A stretch of 64,000 nucleotides of DNA, taken from the NCBI GenBank assembly GCA_000708835.1, contig DF237013.1, positions 5,071-69,070 of the forward strand, in the 5' to 3' direction. Both the position numbers and the translations under genes were made by a program. Below are positions 25,782 through 38,611 of this stretch, piece by piece; position 1 is the stretch's first letter; each line of letters starts with the position of its first letter. The DNA is from Klebsormidium nitens. Its lineage: Eukaryota > Plantae > Klebsormidiophyceae. The notes beneath the pieces are model-generated. The model was not told where the DNA came from. It was given only the letters and a program-made list of their open reading frames with translations, and ran no database searches.

Positions 25782-26701
25782 GCACCTTGTGGATAATATG
25801 GAAACCGAAAACTTCCAAACCTCGTTTGTTTCATATCTGCCGCGGGGAGAGACATGTACATGCCAGCTGGCACGATAAGGATACACCACGCCGGTGTGTC
25901 TTATAAATGTTCGACCGGCCTAGTTAAATCTGTAAGTAGCTTGGCCGTATATGCGCAGCCGCCTGCCTGGAAGATATGTGGCGGCCGGAATGGGTGGCGA
26001 TAGCTGAAACACCCTCACTTCTCATGTGGTCGATATGATCATGACAAACAGCTAAGTTACTATCTGCCCTGCCATGCCAGCGCTAGAATCATTGGCCAAT
26101 CGTTTGCGTGTATGAGCCCTCAACGAATTGGCACGTGTCACTCATGAAGGGCACGACAATGCAACAATTGAACCATGCTATATAACATGCCCCAACCGTC
26201 GCGAGGGCCTGTTCAAAGTTAGGTCAAGTACCTCGAGTTCCACTTGGTTTAATAAGCGGCAGTTCGTTGCACCTTATAGCCACATACCAAGCCTGCAACA
26301 TGTGGTGCATGCATTAATAGCGATATTCTGTGAGTCGCCGCAATTTGCAATCATCTCGAAGGTTTGGGCGGCCGGCAGCTGGACGTGATAGACTACGATG
26401 ATGTGCATGCCCTCCCAGCACCAGCACGGTGCTCTGTACATTTCTCACTGTGTACAAGACATGGGATGCTGACGTCTTTATACTACAAACCACGTTCGTT
26501 CCAGGATGTAACGCACAGACACGGACAGTTACACCAGCAAGTGCTTGTAAAGCCACTTACTCGTCAGAAAGCAATTTCTACAGCGGCCTAGTCAAGTCTA
26601 ATTGAACATTCGACGGCTCCGATCCATGCCAAGGTTGTGTTAATGTGCAAAGCGCGTGTGAAGAACATATAAGAACCTAGACCTAGCTTCCGCTGCAGGG
26701 A

Positions 26702-29173
26702 TCACGTAGCTTGATCTCGTCTTTGAAGCTTCGGATGAGCTAGATACCTTTCGAACAGATACTTCAAAGCCCCTGGCGTATGCTGCAGCTTGTTCAATTT
26801 GATGTCCTTTGCCATGGCCTGCACATCGAACACAGCGTTCAGGTAAGGTGCAAAATGGGCACCAAAAAAACATTCCAAAAGAAAGAGTCAGATAGTGGAA
26901 TGGCACGCCTCAAACGGGACCCAAAGGAGTTCGTAGAAGAAGCAGGAAAGGTCGCTGGTACAAGCGGTCTGCCACATCCGCAGTAAGTTGACGTCAAAGA
27001 TTCGCGGACAAAGTGCGGCATAAGCTATAAAGGGCTGTCCCCCACTCAATCCGGCCTAGAGGAATGCACGCTTCACACTGACAGCATGACATGAACGACC
27101 ATGACGCTAGACTAGTTGCACTTGTTCACCATCTCACAGAATTGGCACGAAGTCATTCTATCCAGGTTCCTACTGTCTCAATCCTGAATCAGTAGTCCAC
27201 TCAGATCTTGGCGAATTTGCCTGTTCAGTCCCGCCCAGTCACCAACAAAACATTCGACCGAACAGGACGAACTCCTCACTTTCGAACGATGAATGGGGAT
27301 AAGAAAGCGATTTGATTGCAGGTTCGCGGGTTGTACTAAAGGACCCCATTCCTATAAGCTCATCGTCCCACTTATGAAAAGACGATTCTGTGACGAAAAC
27401 ACTCACCTCGAAGTCGTCCTTGTGCTTTGCTTGCAATTCCCTCACGTACACTCTTTGCATCTTCGTGAGGGGGGGCAGCTCCCGTTTCTTCTCCTTGCGT
27501 GGCCGTCCAGCTGCCCCTCGGAGTTCTGAATCGGCCAAACAAGTCTGGTCAAATGTTCGATGCTCAAGAAGAACGCACTCTTGAGCATCTTGAGGAGAGA
27601 AAGCTTGTCGATCCTCCTAAAATCGTAGGCCGAAATTACTTCCAGTTGCATCTTTGGAGTACAGCAAAGCGGCTTGTGAGGGACTTAGACTGCTTCTGTG
27701 TCCAGAGCGAAGCATTTCCTTTTCCCCCTCTCACTTGCCCAGCCTGGTTTGAATATCCACAGTTGCGGACAGAAGTCGCATCAAGAATATCAGCTGGACA
27801 GAACCCGTTTTTTTGCCCCTGGCTCCACAGCAAGAGAAGGGTCTGCGTCTGTTTGCACAACAGCCCTGCCGCTAAACAGAACAGCAGGCCACAATTGGCA
27901 CTTTCAAGCCCCGCTCAACACTAGAGTATTTGAATTCTCTGAGGCCGCACCGATCGAGCGGACGCCATAGAGATATCATTGTTAAACTTGACAAGAACCA
28001 GGGGGGCATCAACCAATTTGCCAATCAACCAGGCCGTTAACTAGGGCATCAACCAGGATACTTCAATGAACCAAGAAGCAGGGGGAAAGGGACCCAACTT
28101 CAACAACAGACCATCGAACTCGAACATGAAAGACGCATACGATATGGACCTCTCCATTGTCGCACTTTAAGAGTGATGCAGCGTTGATATAATCAGTAGC
28201 TCCTAAGTTCAAAGGTGATTCAGGCCCTGAAAGGAGAGAGAAACGAGAGCGACCGACAAGCACAGGACAAGGGGGATGCAACTTTACAGGAACAGAGAAG
28301 GGAGGGGAGAATGGATGTCCATTGTGCGACAACGACATCGAACAGAGTACTCTGGAAGACTTTGCCTTACAACGCCACCAATAGATGATAACGTGAGCTT
28401 ACGGGGCGGCCATGATTCAGTCAGGCCCCAAGCTCCCCCAGAGAACAATTTGGGGCAGATTAGGATCGGAACAAGGGGGGACAAAAACAGAAGCATTTCA
28501 AACCAGGCCCAATCCCAAGCGAAGAGCCTCACCATCTGCAATCTCTTCATCATCCGGGTTGTCATCGGCCTCGTCCAAGCCGACCACTTTCCCATCTTTG
28601 ACCTTTACCAGCTCCACTATGTCCCCTCGCTTTCCTAGCTTCTCTCCAATCTTGTTTGGATTTACTGCCAGCCCCGCAGCCTCATAGTTGCTCTGGAGGG
28701 TGCCCTTTTGGGCCCATTCAAGGCTGCAAAAAGACAGTGGAGCGCTGATTGAGGAAAGAGGAGGATTGATAGAAGACAGGAAAGAAGCCTCCGGTTGGCA
28801 TTCGCTCCTTTGCAGAGGCAGCCAAGGAACTTCATGACTAAGTGAAGACCTTCAACAATCTTTATGGCCACACTCTCTGCCCACCACCATCTAGGTTGGA
28901 GTGTGAACCTTCTTTTCAAGGATTGCTAGCACGATAAAAGAAAGAGGGCGGAACACCCACTGAGGGAACTTCGGCACAAATGCGGGAAAGAATGCAATCA
29001 TCAGCAATTGTGGAGATGACATTATCTGTAAAGCGGTCCACTCACACTCCTTCCCCACCAGGCAGTTTCACCGCCTCCGGTTTTCGTGGGTTTTTATGCG
29101 TGGTCCTCTTGACGAGGCCAACCTTTGCCTTGCTCGTCTGAAACCGTTTGTGATGCCTCCTGGATTTCCCCAT
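26702..29173 (-). CDS. NOP16: Nucleolar protein 16 (ribosome biogenesis), 184 aa, 4 exons
   Basis: Exons 29173-29046, 28723-28533, 27525-27407, 26818-26702. Reads MGKSRRHHKRF..KVGLVK, LEWAQKGTLQSNYEAAGLAVNPN, LPPLTKMQRVYVRELQAKHKDDFE|AMAKDIKLNKLQHTPGALKYLFERY, typical of Nop16. Confidence 0.9.
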
Positions 29174-29194
29174 GTGGTGTCAGATACGTCTATC

Positions 29195-29284
29195 GGGCTT
29201 CTTAGAAAAGCTCCCGCCTGTGATTCTGCTAATCAGACGTATTGGGCTTCTTAGAAAAGCTCCCGCCTGTGATTCTGCTAATCA
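29195..29284. repeat. Perfect 41-bp direct duplication (49-bp period) just upstream of the NOP16 ATG
   Basis: GGGCTTCTTAGAAAAGCTCCCGCCTGTGATTCTGCTAATCA occurs at 29195-29235 and 29244-29284. Confidence 0.95.
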
Positions 29285-29878
29285 AAAGAAAATGGCACCG
29301 TTAAAAATAGCGCGAGCCTTTTATTCAGTGCAGAATCGGTCAAGACCAGCAAATACAAGTGTGATTTGTCAGGCAGCTCCTTGGCAGACTTCTGCAACCA
29401 CGTTCAAAACCACCACCACCACGTGCACTCCTGCCTGGTTGCCGCAACTTTCAATCGCCTCGCTTGTCGTTTACAGATTGAAAGTCGGAACTCGAAAGTC
29501 TAAGATGGGTTCCTTTTCTCCTCCTCTGCACAAAGCACGCAGCAAAGCGCTCCCACCTCAGCCTCAGCCTGCTCAGGCCGCAAAGGGTGGAAATTGTGGC
29601 CGGTCTTGCCTGACTTCAACGCCGGGCAGAATGAAGTGCCACGTGGAAGCTCGACGCACTAGCCCAAATTCGCGTAATATATTAGCAGGATGAAACCCTT
29701 GTTCGATTGTGCTGCCAGTCATTGACCACATCAAAGTCCGAGAACTTCTTGTCTTCCTTTCTGAGCTATCCGAGAACGGAGCGCTGAACAGTTTTAACTG
29801 CCATCCCTTGTGCCAGACTGCAACTTGCAACTTGCAAGCAGCGGCTCGATCATTTCTGAATCTGATGCTTGAGTCTTA

Positions 29879-30422
29879 GGGGAAGGTCACTTTGAAGTGG
29901 TATCCCCCCTTAATTATTTGTAGAGGGTTTTTGCCGGGAGCGCTGGGTCCCCCCCCCATACCCACGGCCCAAGTGGAATCGGAGCGTCGGGCCCCCCTCC
30001 CACATATTTTTTCCGGATCAAGGCCCTGGGTACCCCCCCCATATCTGTATTTGGGAGAAGCCAAAATTGGATAGAGAAGTCGCTTATGCGGGCATATGAA
30101 ACCTTTTTCTTTGCTAATCTGCGTTCAAGATTTTCGTATGGGGCATTTTGCAAGAAGTTTTTGACGAATATTAGTTCATATACGCCATTTGGAGCTTGAT
30201 TTAGCCTCAGAATCACATGAAAATGGGGACCGGGATCCATGTTCCCCCCCCTTGAGCTACCTAAAAGGCCAAGCTCGTTAGGTGCCCCCCCATCAAGCAC
30301 TCCCGTGAGCAACAGTGTGGGTGTGTCCCACCCAAATAGGGACCCCGAGCCGCGCTCAGAGCCCTAGGCTCCCCCCCCTCACAAAAAATTAGGGGGGGTA
30401 CCACTTCAAAATGACCTTCCCC
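29879..30422. mobile_element. PIF/Harbinger-type (Tourist-like) MITE, 544 bp, about 45-50-bp imperfect TIRs, TTA TSD
   Basis: Left: tta|GGGGAAGGTCACTTTGAAGTGGTATCCCCCCTTAATT. Right: AATTAGGGGGGGTACCACTTCAAAATGACCTTCCCC|tta. TTA at 29876-29878 and 30423-30425. No transposase ORF inside. Confidence 0.9.
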
Positions 30423-31224
30423 TTAGACTTGAGAACTTCAGAATCAAAGAAGGCTTGAAGTTGCAGCTCGGAGTTCGTGCGCCCCAATGTGTAAAATGTG
30501 CCCTTCTTGCAAGCCACCGGTATCTGTCTGCCTCTAAAGGCCATGTTGTGAGGGTCAGGAGCAGCTCGACTCGCAAGGTGGAAGCCAAAGAACTCTCAGG
30601 ATCAGGTATGTTCATTGAAAATGTCCTTCATGCTGCGCAGTGCGTTGCCAAGGTTTCTTGCTCGTGATAAATTTTGACATATGACAATGTGGTGGAGAAG
30701 CAGATCTAGGACATCAACCTGGCACTGCATTTCTGGGGGAATTTTGGTCGCTTCTTGGACTGTGTACTTGGCCAGTTTTATAGGGGACAGATTGGTGCAA
30801 TGAGGTAGATTTCTTGCCAGTATCATAAGAAATGATGCAGTTGCGGCATCCGGCAATTGCATAGATCTGCGGCGCATACCTGGTCTCATGCTCCCCCAGT
30901 ATCTGATCCATCATAAGATCTCGGTTGTTTGTGTTCTGCGGAGCGATGATGTCACAGAATTTCTTGTCAATTATGCATTTGGAGTTGCAATTGATGACGT
31001 TGCTCAACTGCTCGCAATCATCCTCCTTTGCAGTTGCAAATTCAGGGAGCTCCCATGAGCTTACTTATGTTGTTCCAGGCCTCCGCTGCATAATGCCGCT
31101 TATCTGCTCGGTTGAAGTTGTTGAGTCACATTTTGATAGCTGGAAGTGTTGAGCGACTAGAAACGAGTTTTGAGATAGTGGGGTTCAGGAACACGTATTT
31201 GCTAGAAATTAGGACACTCCCATC

Positions 31225-34200
31225 ATGGAGTTCTTTTTCTACCTTATCTTTGGCATTTTGGCCATCATATGCGCGGCGTCAGAGCTGTCCAAGGGGCAGA
31301 AGGACAAGTACACGACCATCCCAGCCTTTGAGGCTTTCAAGAATAACTACCTCCTCGTGTACAGCCTCATGATGGGTAAGCCGCCGGAGCTCATATTGCA
31401 TACTTGCATGGGATTGCTTCTTGGTTTCCCACATTCTGGTTTTTCTCCACGCTGAATTTCCTCACACTTGACTGTCTTCTTTGCAGCCTTTGCTACTCCA
31501 AGCTGTCATTTTTTGCCTCATGTCGGATGTATATGTACTCGCTTTAGAATCAACAAGATGGAGCGCTGTCAGCCTCTAGCCAAGGGATTGCATTGCTTGT
31601 GAGACATTTGCCTCTTGTCCAAAGCTTGTGTGATCACTTTGGAATCAACAAGACGGAGTGCTGTCAGCCTCTTGCCAGGCAATGCATCACTTGTGAGACA
31701 AAGAATTGAGCGCGTGTCTGTGCACTCCGCAGCTGGTGACTGGCTCCAGGGCCCTTATGTATACGCACTGTACCAGCACTATGGCTATGACCAGGGGGAC
31801 ATTGGGCGCCTCTTCATTGCGGGATTCGGCTCATCCATGGTCTTTGGGACAATTGTGGGGTCCCTCGCAGACAAGCAGTGAGTGCTTCTTCTGTCTTCTC
31901 CTTGACTGACCTTTCTGTTCTTTCCAAATTACCTCGTTGAGGGAGAGACGCTTCACATCTCGCTCATGGCAGAATTTAAAGCATCAGTCCCCTCCAGCTA
32001 GCAATGTGAACAATGACCTGAGTTCTTCAAAGTGCTATGTTTGTCGCGGCCCAGGGATCCCAGGGATCCCCGGGACGTCGTTCAGTCCGCCCTTTCTAAA
32101 GTGGTTATTTTGAGGCTTACCATGTGGCCCTCCTGGCGAAAGCGTGACCAGCATCACCCTTGGTCAATTGCTGGCTTCAAAAATAGACGTAAGGTCTGTT
32201 CAGCTCTTGTTTATTTCTCGGGTTATGGCAAAGGGTTTGATGCTCAGCATGCTTTGGCCATCCACAGAGCTCCGTCAGATTTTTGTATTTTATTTGGCCA
32301 AGTCGTTCACATTCGCACACATTCAAGAAGTAGCCATGGCTTCTCACATGAAACGCCTTTCCTCCGGTCCTCCGTTCTTCACAACCACTCCTGCAGCCAG
32401 ATCTTGACAAAGATCTGGATCCTATGTGGTTCCCTGAAGCAGCCGTAAATGGGCAAGTTTCCAGCGAAGTGGTGTTCAAGGAACTTTCAATGTTGACCAG
32501 GCTTCTCATTAAGTAGCCCTGTCTTTTGTGATTCTGCAGCGGCCGCAAACGTGCCAGCATCCTCTACTGCATCACATACATTCTCAGCTGCTGGACCAAG
32601 CATTCATCCAGCTTTGCCATTCTGATGGTTGGCCGCATCCTGGGGGGAATCGCAACCAGCCTGCTGTTCTCGGCGTTTGAGTCGTGGCTCGTCGCTGAGC
32701 ACTTCAAGGTGAGGAACGAACTTACTTCAACACGTTTCGGCAACTGCTTTGGCATGTTGGAGCTTTTGAAAGGGCCACATTTCATTGAGTACCTTCCTCA
32801 TGGAGAAGCAAAGTTGGGGCTATCCCTCTTGCTCTGCATAAGTCATCATCTGCAATTCTGGTTCCTGCCTCTGAGGCCTAGGCCTCTTGAATGCTCGCTG
32901 ACGTTACATTCAACATTCATTTGATTCGCTGCTGTTTTTGCTCCTTTTGGATGCGGCACCCCTGACTGCTCCTTTTTTCCAGAAGATGGACTTCAACAGT
33001 TCCTGGTTTCCAAGTTGCAAATGAAACCTTTACCTCAAAACCCCTGAAAATTCAGTGCCGCATTTCTTTTCGCAGCACAACTTCGATCCCTGAGTGGCTC
33101 TCACCTTCCTCAAGGCCATCTTTCCGCGAGAACGCGCAAGTCTTCCACAAACTTCTTCTTCTGGCCGTATAGACCTTATATCTCAGTCCAAAATCTGTGC
33201 CTCCAAAGCTTTGCCTTCAAAAATTCGATCCTCGTCATCCCTGCAGCACAACCTCGAGCCCCAGTGGCTCTCGCTCACCTTCTTCAAGGCCTTAGGAACG
33301 GCCCTATTGCCAGGACAGACCACTCCTCCATTTCATGTCAGACTCTTGAAATCCTGCTTCCACAACCTTGCAGCACAACTTCGAGCCTCAGTGGCTCTCG
33401 CTCACCTTCTCTGAGGCCATCTTCCTCGGGAACGGCATTGTCGCCATCGTCAGGTCTTCCAGGATAACCTTTTTCCTGATTACATTTACCCCTGCTTCCT
33501 ATTCCAATCTGGAATATTGCATCCGTGTTCCTTTCTGCAGCACAACTTCGAGCCCCAGTGGCTCTCGCTCACCTTCTCCAAGGCCATCTTCCTCGGGAAC
33601 GGCCTCGTCGCCATCGTTGCCGGGCTCATCGCCAACTTCCTCGTGGTGGACCTCGACATCGGCCCCGTCGCGCCGTTTGACACCGCGGCTGTCTTCCTAG
33701 CCATTGGATGCGCCATCATCATAAAGACGTGGGGAGAGAACTACGGAGACACGAACGAGGAGAAGACACTGCAGCAGCAGTTCCAGCAGGCGTGGAACTC
33801 TATTCTAGCAGGTAAATCATGGCAGCGCCGTCACATTGAAGTTATTATTTCTCGTACTAAGAAAGTAGAGGGAGGGGACCGAACACCCCAGGTAAGAAAG
33901 TTAGCAACATGAACCATGTGCCAGCAGCTAAATGGCTAATTGCCCGGAACTGAAAATTGCTGGGATTGAACCTCCACAGGGTCACCTTTCAAAACCCAGA
34001 GTTTGGGGTCCGGGCAACGCGCCGGTTAGCAGGAATTGGGGGCAGGTTTAGGTGGATTAACCAGCCAAAAAACAATCAACCCACCCCTAACACTCGTCTT
34101 AACCCTTTCCTCAGACTAACCAAGGACCACATTGGACTCGGGACATCCAAACTACACAATATTGACCGTCCAAATCGGAAAATTTCTCATCTGACGGTGC

Positions 34201-36891
34201 GGATCATGGTTCGATCTGTTTCAGTGGTGTTTGGTCCCCCTGAGTAGAGGCCTCTGTTGGGTTAGTGGTGATGTTTTGGCTCGGTGTTTGATCCTGGCGG
34301 GTTGGTCACGACCATGTCCTGTGGATGGTGTCGATCTGATTCGTACTCGCTACTTTTCTGAAGCCCTCGCCGATTTACATTCTGGCTTTAGGACCTGCCT
34401 TCTTTTTCGGCATTAGCGGCGTTTTAAGCATTCTCATGCTTCTTCTCTGCCTCGGGCTTCTTCGGTTGCGTGCAAGTGGTGACAGAGAAAGGAACCACTC
34501 TTCTGTTCCAACTGGTTCGCTTTCGGCTGCGTCAGCTGGCTTGTCGGAGAGACTTCTGGGCCCCTCTTACGCAGTTTTGAAATGTAGCTCCGACGGCCAG
34601 GCTACTGTCCAATCTCCTCTCGTGTTCATTTCGCAGGCAGGAACTGACGGATTGTGTGTAAAGCTGTCATCAGGACCTTGCTACATCTTGTGCATAGGAA
34701 ATTAGCGGAGTGACCAGAAGGGTCACATTTCGCAACTTGACCCCTTCTTCCCCTCTCTCCGAGACGATTATACAAAGCAGCTTACGTCATTGACAACGGT
34801 CACCAGTCTCACCCTTCTTTTCTCATAAGACTCAAAAACAAGAATAATAAGCCAAAATATCAATGGGCTTCGACTAACATTGAAAACCTTGACCCAAAAA
34901 GATACCTGCTCCGCCCCCGTACTCACCCCAACCACCAAGCAACCCTACCCGTCCAATGCGGTTACCTTATCATATCGGCTTCTATTTCTCCTCGAGTATA
35001 ATTCTTTTCTCCTCCTCCCCAGACGAGAAGATTGCGCTCCTGGGCGCCATCCAGTCGCTCTTCGAGGGCTCCATGTATACTTTCGTCTTCCTCTGGACTC
35101 CCGCGCTGAGCCCCAACGAGCAGACCATTCCGCACGGCTTTATTTTCGCGACCTTCATGCTCGCGTCCATGATCGGGAGCAGCATCGCGTCGCGCCTGAT
35201 GGCGCGCTCGAGCCGCGTCGAGACCTACATGCAGTACGTGTTCCTGGTATCAAGCGCCGCGCTGCTGGTCCCGGTCTACAACCAGGTGCGCGTTCCTTGG
35301 CATCAGTTCGTCTCCGCTAGGTACTAATCGCTCATAAGTGTGCATCCTGGTATCGAGCGCCACACTGCTGGTTCTAATCTGTAGTCAGGTGCAGGTCATC
35401 GACATTACTTCGTTTCCACCAGTGACTAATCGCTTATGAGTGTGAATTCCTGGTTTCAAGCGGTGCGTTGCTGGTCTTGATCTGCAGCCAGGTGCACACT
35501 TTGTGACCTCCCGGTTGGGCATATACCCCAGAATCCTTGACCGATGACAATCTTCAGTCGGTGCGCATTTTGTAAGATTCTTGGTTTAGAAAGTGACCTC
35601 CGGTTTGGTGAAATCTCCCGGATCCTTGCCCTATCGCAGTCTTCCGTCAAGGCGCAAACCCTAAGATCCTCAAACTTACTCCTGATTTTCGATCTACAGC
35701 TCGTGTTCAAAGGGTACTTACCCTAAGATCCTTGATTCAGAATGTCGTTCTCCAGTGGGGCGTCTGCCCCACGATCCTGACCTACTACAATCTTCAGTCA
35801 GGGCGCTTAGATAAAGATTGTTTTCTTCCATTCGATCACAGCTATTCAGTCAGGGCGCAGACTCAAAGTTCCTCCACTTAAAATCCCAGTTGTTCAGTCA
35901 GGCCGTGCACGCCACAATCCTTGACCCACATCACAACCTGCATCTAGGACGCATTCCCTCAAGCCAACCCCCGATTCTCTATCCGCAGCTCGTGTTTGAA
36001 CCCGAGGTCGAAAAGGGCGGCCCCATGACGTCAGGCGGACGTCTGCAGCTGCTGGGCTTCCTAGTGTTCGAGGCGTGCGTGGGCATCTTCTGGCCCAGCA
36101 TCATGAAGATGCGGTCGCAGTACATCCCGGAGGAGAGCCGCTCCACCATCATGAACTTCTTCCGCATCCCGCTCAACATCTTCGTCTGCATCGTGCTCTA
36201 CAACGTAAGCGCGCTGGTTTCGCTTTGTCTCCCGCTTTTGCGTTGGCAACTCGCTGTGCAACGCAATGGCGCGTGCTCTTCCGCTCGATTAGCCGCAATT
36301 TAATCGCTTCCAGATGCAACCGAGAGTCTGAGCATCTTTCTGTAAGTCCTGTTTGTTGGCATAAGCGCAGTCCGCTCACGACGCTGATGTGCCCGTGTTG
36401 TCAATCACAACCGCTAATATGGCATGCTTTGTCAGTGAGATATGGATGTTGCCCTCTTCGGAGGAAGGGGATCCTGATTTGCCTTGCTTGAAGGGTTTGT
36501 CGTATTGTGCAAAGTGTGGCGTTCTGAAGAGCTAGATAGAAAGCTTTGGACTCGCAGTCGTGGCTGTGGCTGAATCGTGTGAAACCTTCTGAGCAATATC
36601 AGTCGAGGTAGCGAAAACTGTTCATCGGAGGGCTTACTTGTTTTGCTGCCCTTCCAGGTGAAAAGTTACACAAGGGTCATGGTGTTTGGCATGTGTTCTC
36701 TGTTCAACTGCGTCGCGGCCGTTCTTCTGAGACACTTCATAAGCATAACTCCGGTTGCGCCAAAAGCACGGAGCAGCGGGGTATTTAGTCCAGACGACGA
36801 AGTAGATCAGCCGCTTGCCGCTAAAAGCCACAGCCTTGGGCAAATGGAGAAGGGTAGCCAGAAGGGACTAACACCTGACAGCGATGATTAA
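31225..36891 (+). CDS. MOT2: Molybdate-anion transporter, MFS family (MOT2/MFSD5-like, DUF791), 7 exons
   Basis: Exons 31225-31375, 31733-31877, 32540-32708, 33541-33811, 35023-35285, 35989-36204, 36658-36891. Motifs: YLLVYSLMM|AGDWLQGPYVYALY, GRILGGIATSLLFSAFESWLVAEH, LGAIQSLFEGSMYTFVFLWTP, PHGFIFATFM, FWPSIMKMRSQYIPEESRSTIMNFFRIPLN. Confidence 0.95.
31544..31700. repeat. Intronic direct duplication (about 60 bp, about 96-bp period) in MOT2 intron 1
   Basis: gaatcaacaagatggagcgctgtcagcctctagcc...cttgtgagaca versus gaatcaacaagacggagtgctgtcagcctcttgcc...cttgtgagaca. Confidence 0.85.
33060..33620 (+). repeat. Three upstream degenerate copies of the acceptor plus start of MOT2 exon 4
   Basis: GCAG|CACAAC(T/C)TCGA...GTGGCTCTC... 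begins at 33076, 33247 and 33374. The functional copy begins at 33541. Confidence 0.93.
35241..35500 (+). repeat. Two downstream degenerate copies of the end of MOT2 exon 5 plus its donor (about 103-bp period)
   Basis: Real: CCTGGTATCAAGCGCCGCGCTGCTGGTCCCGGTCTACAACCAG|GTGC. Copies: cctggtatcgagcgccacactgctggttctaatctgtagtcag|gtgc and cctggtttcaagcggtgcgttgctggtcttgatctgcagccag|gtgc. Confidence 0.88.
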
Positions 36892-38611
36892 AATAGCGTG
36901 GGCTTCTCATCTTGGGGGGGTGTTGGTAAATCAGCGTCAAACACGGAGGCTACTACTGCATCTGAGATATCAGGCCGCAAGTCGTTGATTTGGAGTCAAA
37001 AGAGGCAAGCGAACATAGATTAGAAAGAGTTAGAGCTTCCAGCGCTGCCGCTTAAGAGGTAGGCCGTAGCAAAACAGCCCCTCCAACAGCGCCAAACGAG
37101 ATCTCAAGTGACTGACGGTCAGGAGATGCAGAGTTGGCGCGAGACGAGAACCCTATCACGGAAACATTAGGGAGGGTACAAACTAGATGAGGCCCGCAAG
37201 CATGCGGGAGCAAGAGGGCCTGACTTGCGTGGAGTCTCTCCTTGCAGGTGAGCGCCTTCTCCCTCACTGCCATGTTCACCATGTGTTCGACTTTCTTGGG
37301 CGTGTGCGCGTTGCTTCAGTACAGGCTCCAACAGGTGTCCGACCGACACCGCAGACTCCCGCTAAAGGAAACGGACAATGGTGAGAAGACGGCATAGTGA
37401 GATTCAATTCTCGATTCGAGATCGAATCCCCGGGAGCCAGCGGCCTGCTCTTCTTGCGGTTGTCAAAGCCTGTTGAGAAATCTGTTGGTAGAACTTCCTG
37501 TCGTGCTTACAGATTCTGAGCTGAAGTCTCGTCGGAACGTGCTCATTGCCCATATGCTGTCATGTTTGGATTCATAAGGGTGGTGGCTGCTAGTGTATTC
37601 TGCTTGCTCCAACGTTTGGGACATGCACACTGGTTCAAAAATCCAAGGTCTGTTCTGATGTTATGCTTTTGCTGGATGCAGATGGTGATGGCATTGAGGT
37701 CGGCACTGTTGTTGACAGCCACTGATCGTCCAGAGCACCAAGCAAGTTGCAAAATTTCCGCCTATCAAATCTGGGCCCTTTGTCGTCGTTCCATTGTGGA
37801 TTATGCTTTTTCAAGTCAAGGGCACGAAGGCCCTGTCACCGCCTCTTTGAATGGTGCCAATGTGGCCTTGATAGACGAGCTCAACAAGCCGTATGATGTG
37901 AGGCCGAGTCGCGTACCCTGAAAAGTCGCGTCCGATCATGTGCTTGCAAAGGCACATCTTCATTCAATTAGCGGAGCTACGCTGGGTCCTTGATCCGGTC
38001 AAAAGGCGACCGACTATTGGCACACTGTATCATCGACATTCCAAGCTAAGTGTGTCCTCCAAAATAGAGGAGGGCCATGCAATTGAACGAGCCCAAATCT
38101 TGCAGTATTCCGACGTAGCTGTGCGGAACTGAAATCCTTATGGTTCTCGATTGTAACGTCACTGCTGCAGGCATCACGAGTCCTTTGTGAGTATGTTCTC
38201 CAATGGAATGTAATGGAATAATGATTGCGAGATTTAGTGTGCCACATTCACCTCGTGTCGACCGCCCCACTATGCGTTTGCCAGGTGGAAGGCCATACCG
38301 TCAGAAGCTTGCAACGAGGCTAAACGTAGAGATCTTCAACCAACAATCGAGCGCGTGAGATAAGACCTCTAGCCTAGCTTATAACCCAATAGTTGCACGG
38401 CCTCGAGAGCGGAACGACCAATGAAGCACATCCGTGGAATGCAATATCTGCAACATGTTTCCCTCTGTCTAAGGGTCAGATGGGAGAAGACGTACGTGCT
38501 GCATTAACATTTGGAAACCGCGAGGCCCCTGCCATTCAATGATTACTATTATTAGCCCAGGCCCACTAACTTAGCAAGGCCAGGCCATAGGCTATAGCAG
38601 GCTAGCCCGTA

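Noticed and set aside
29914-30312. 132-aa ORF inside the MITE as a transposase
   Set aside because: No DDE or Myb-like motifs. It is a chance ORF in a non-autonomous element.
30430-31140. Overlapping ~95-aa minus-strand ORFs (30602-30889, 30714-31007) suggesting a pseudogene
   Set aside because: No recognisable domain or splice structure, so I could not support a call. They probably lie in the MOT2 5' region.
14004-36891. Functional cluster of purine permease (NAT) and molybdate transporter (Mo cofactor is needed by xanthine dehydrogenase)
   Set aside because: The genes are separated by unrelated housekeeping genes (bL32m, NOP16), and there is no evidence of co-regulation. Proximity is probably chance.
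37000-38540. ORFs of 60-119 aa between MOT2 and the solo LTR
   Set aside because: No recognisable protein family or consistent exon chain.
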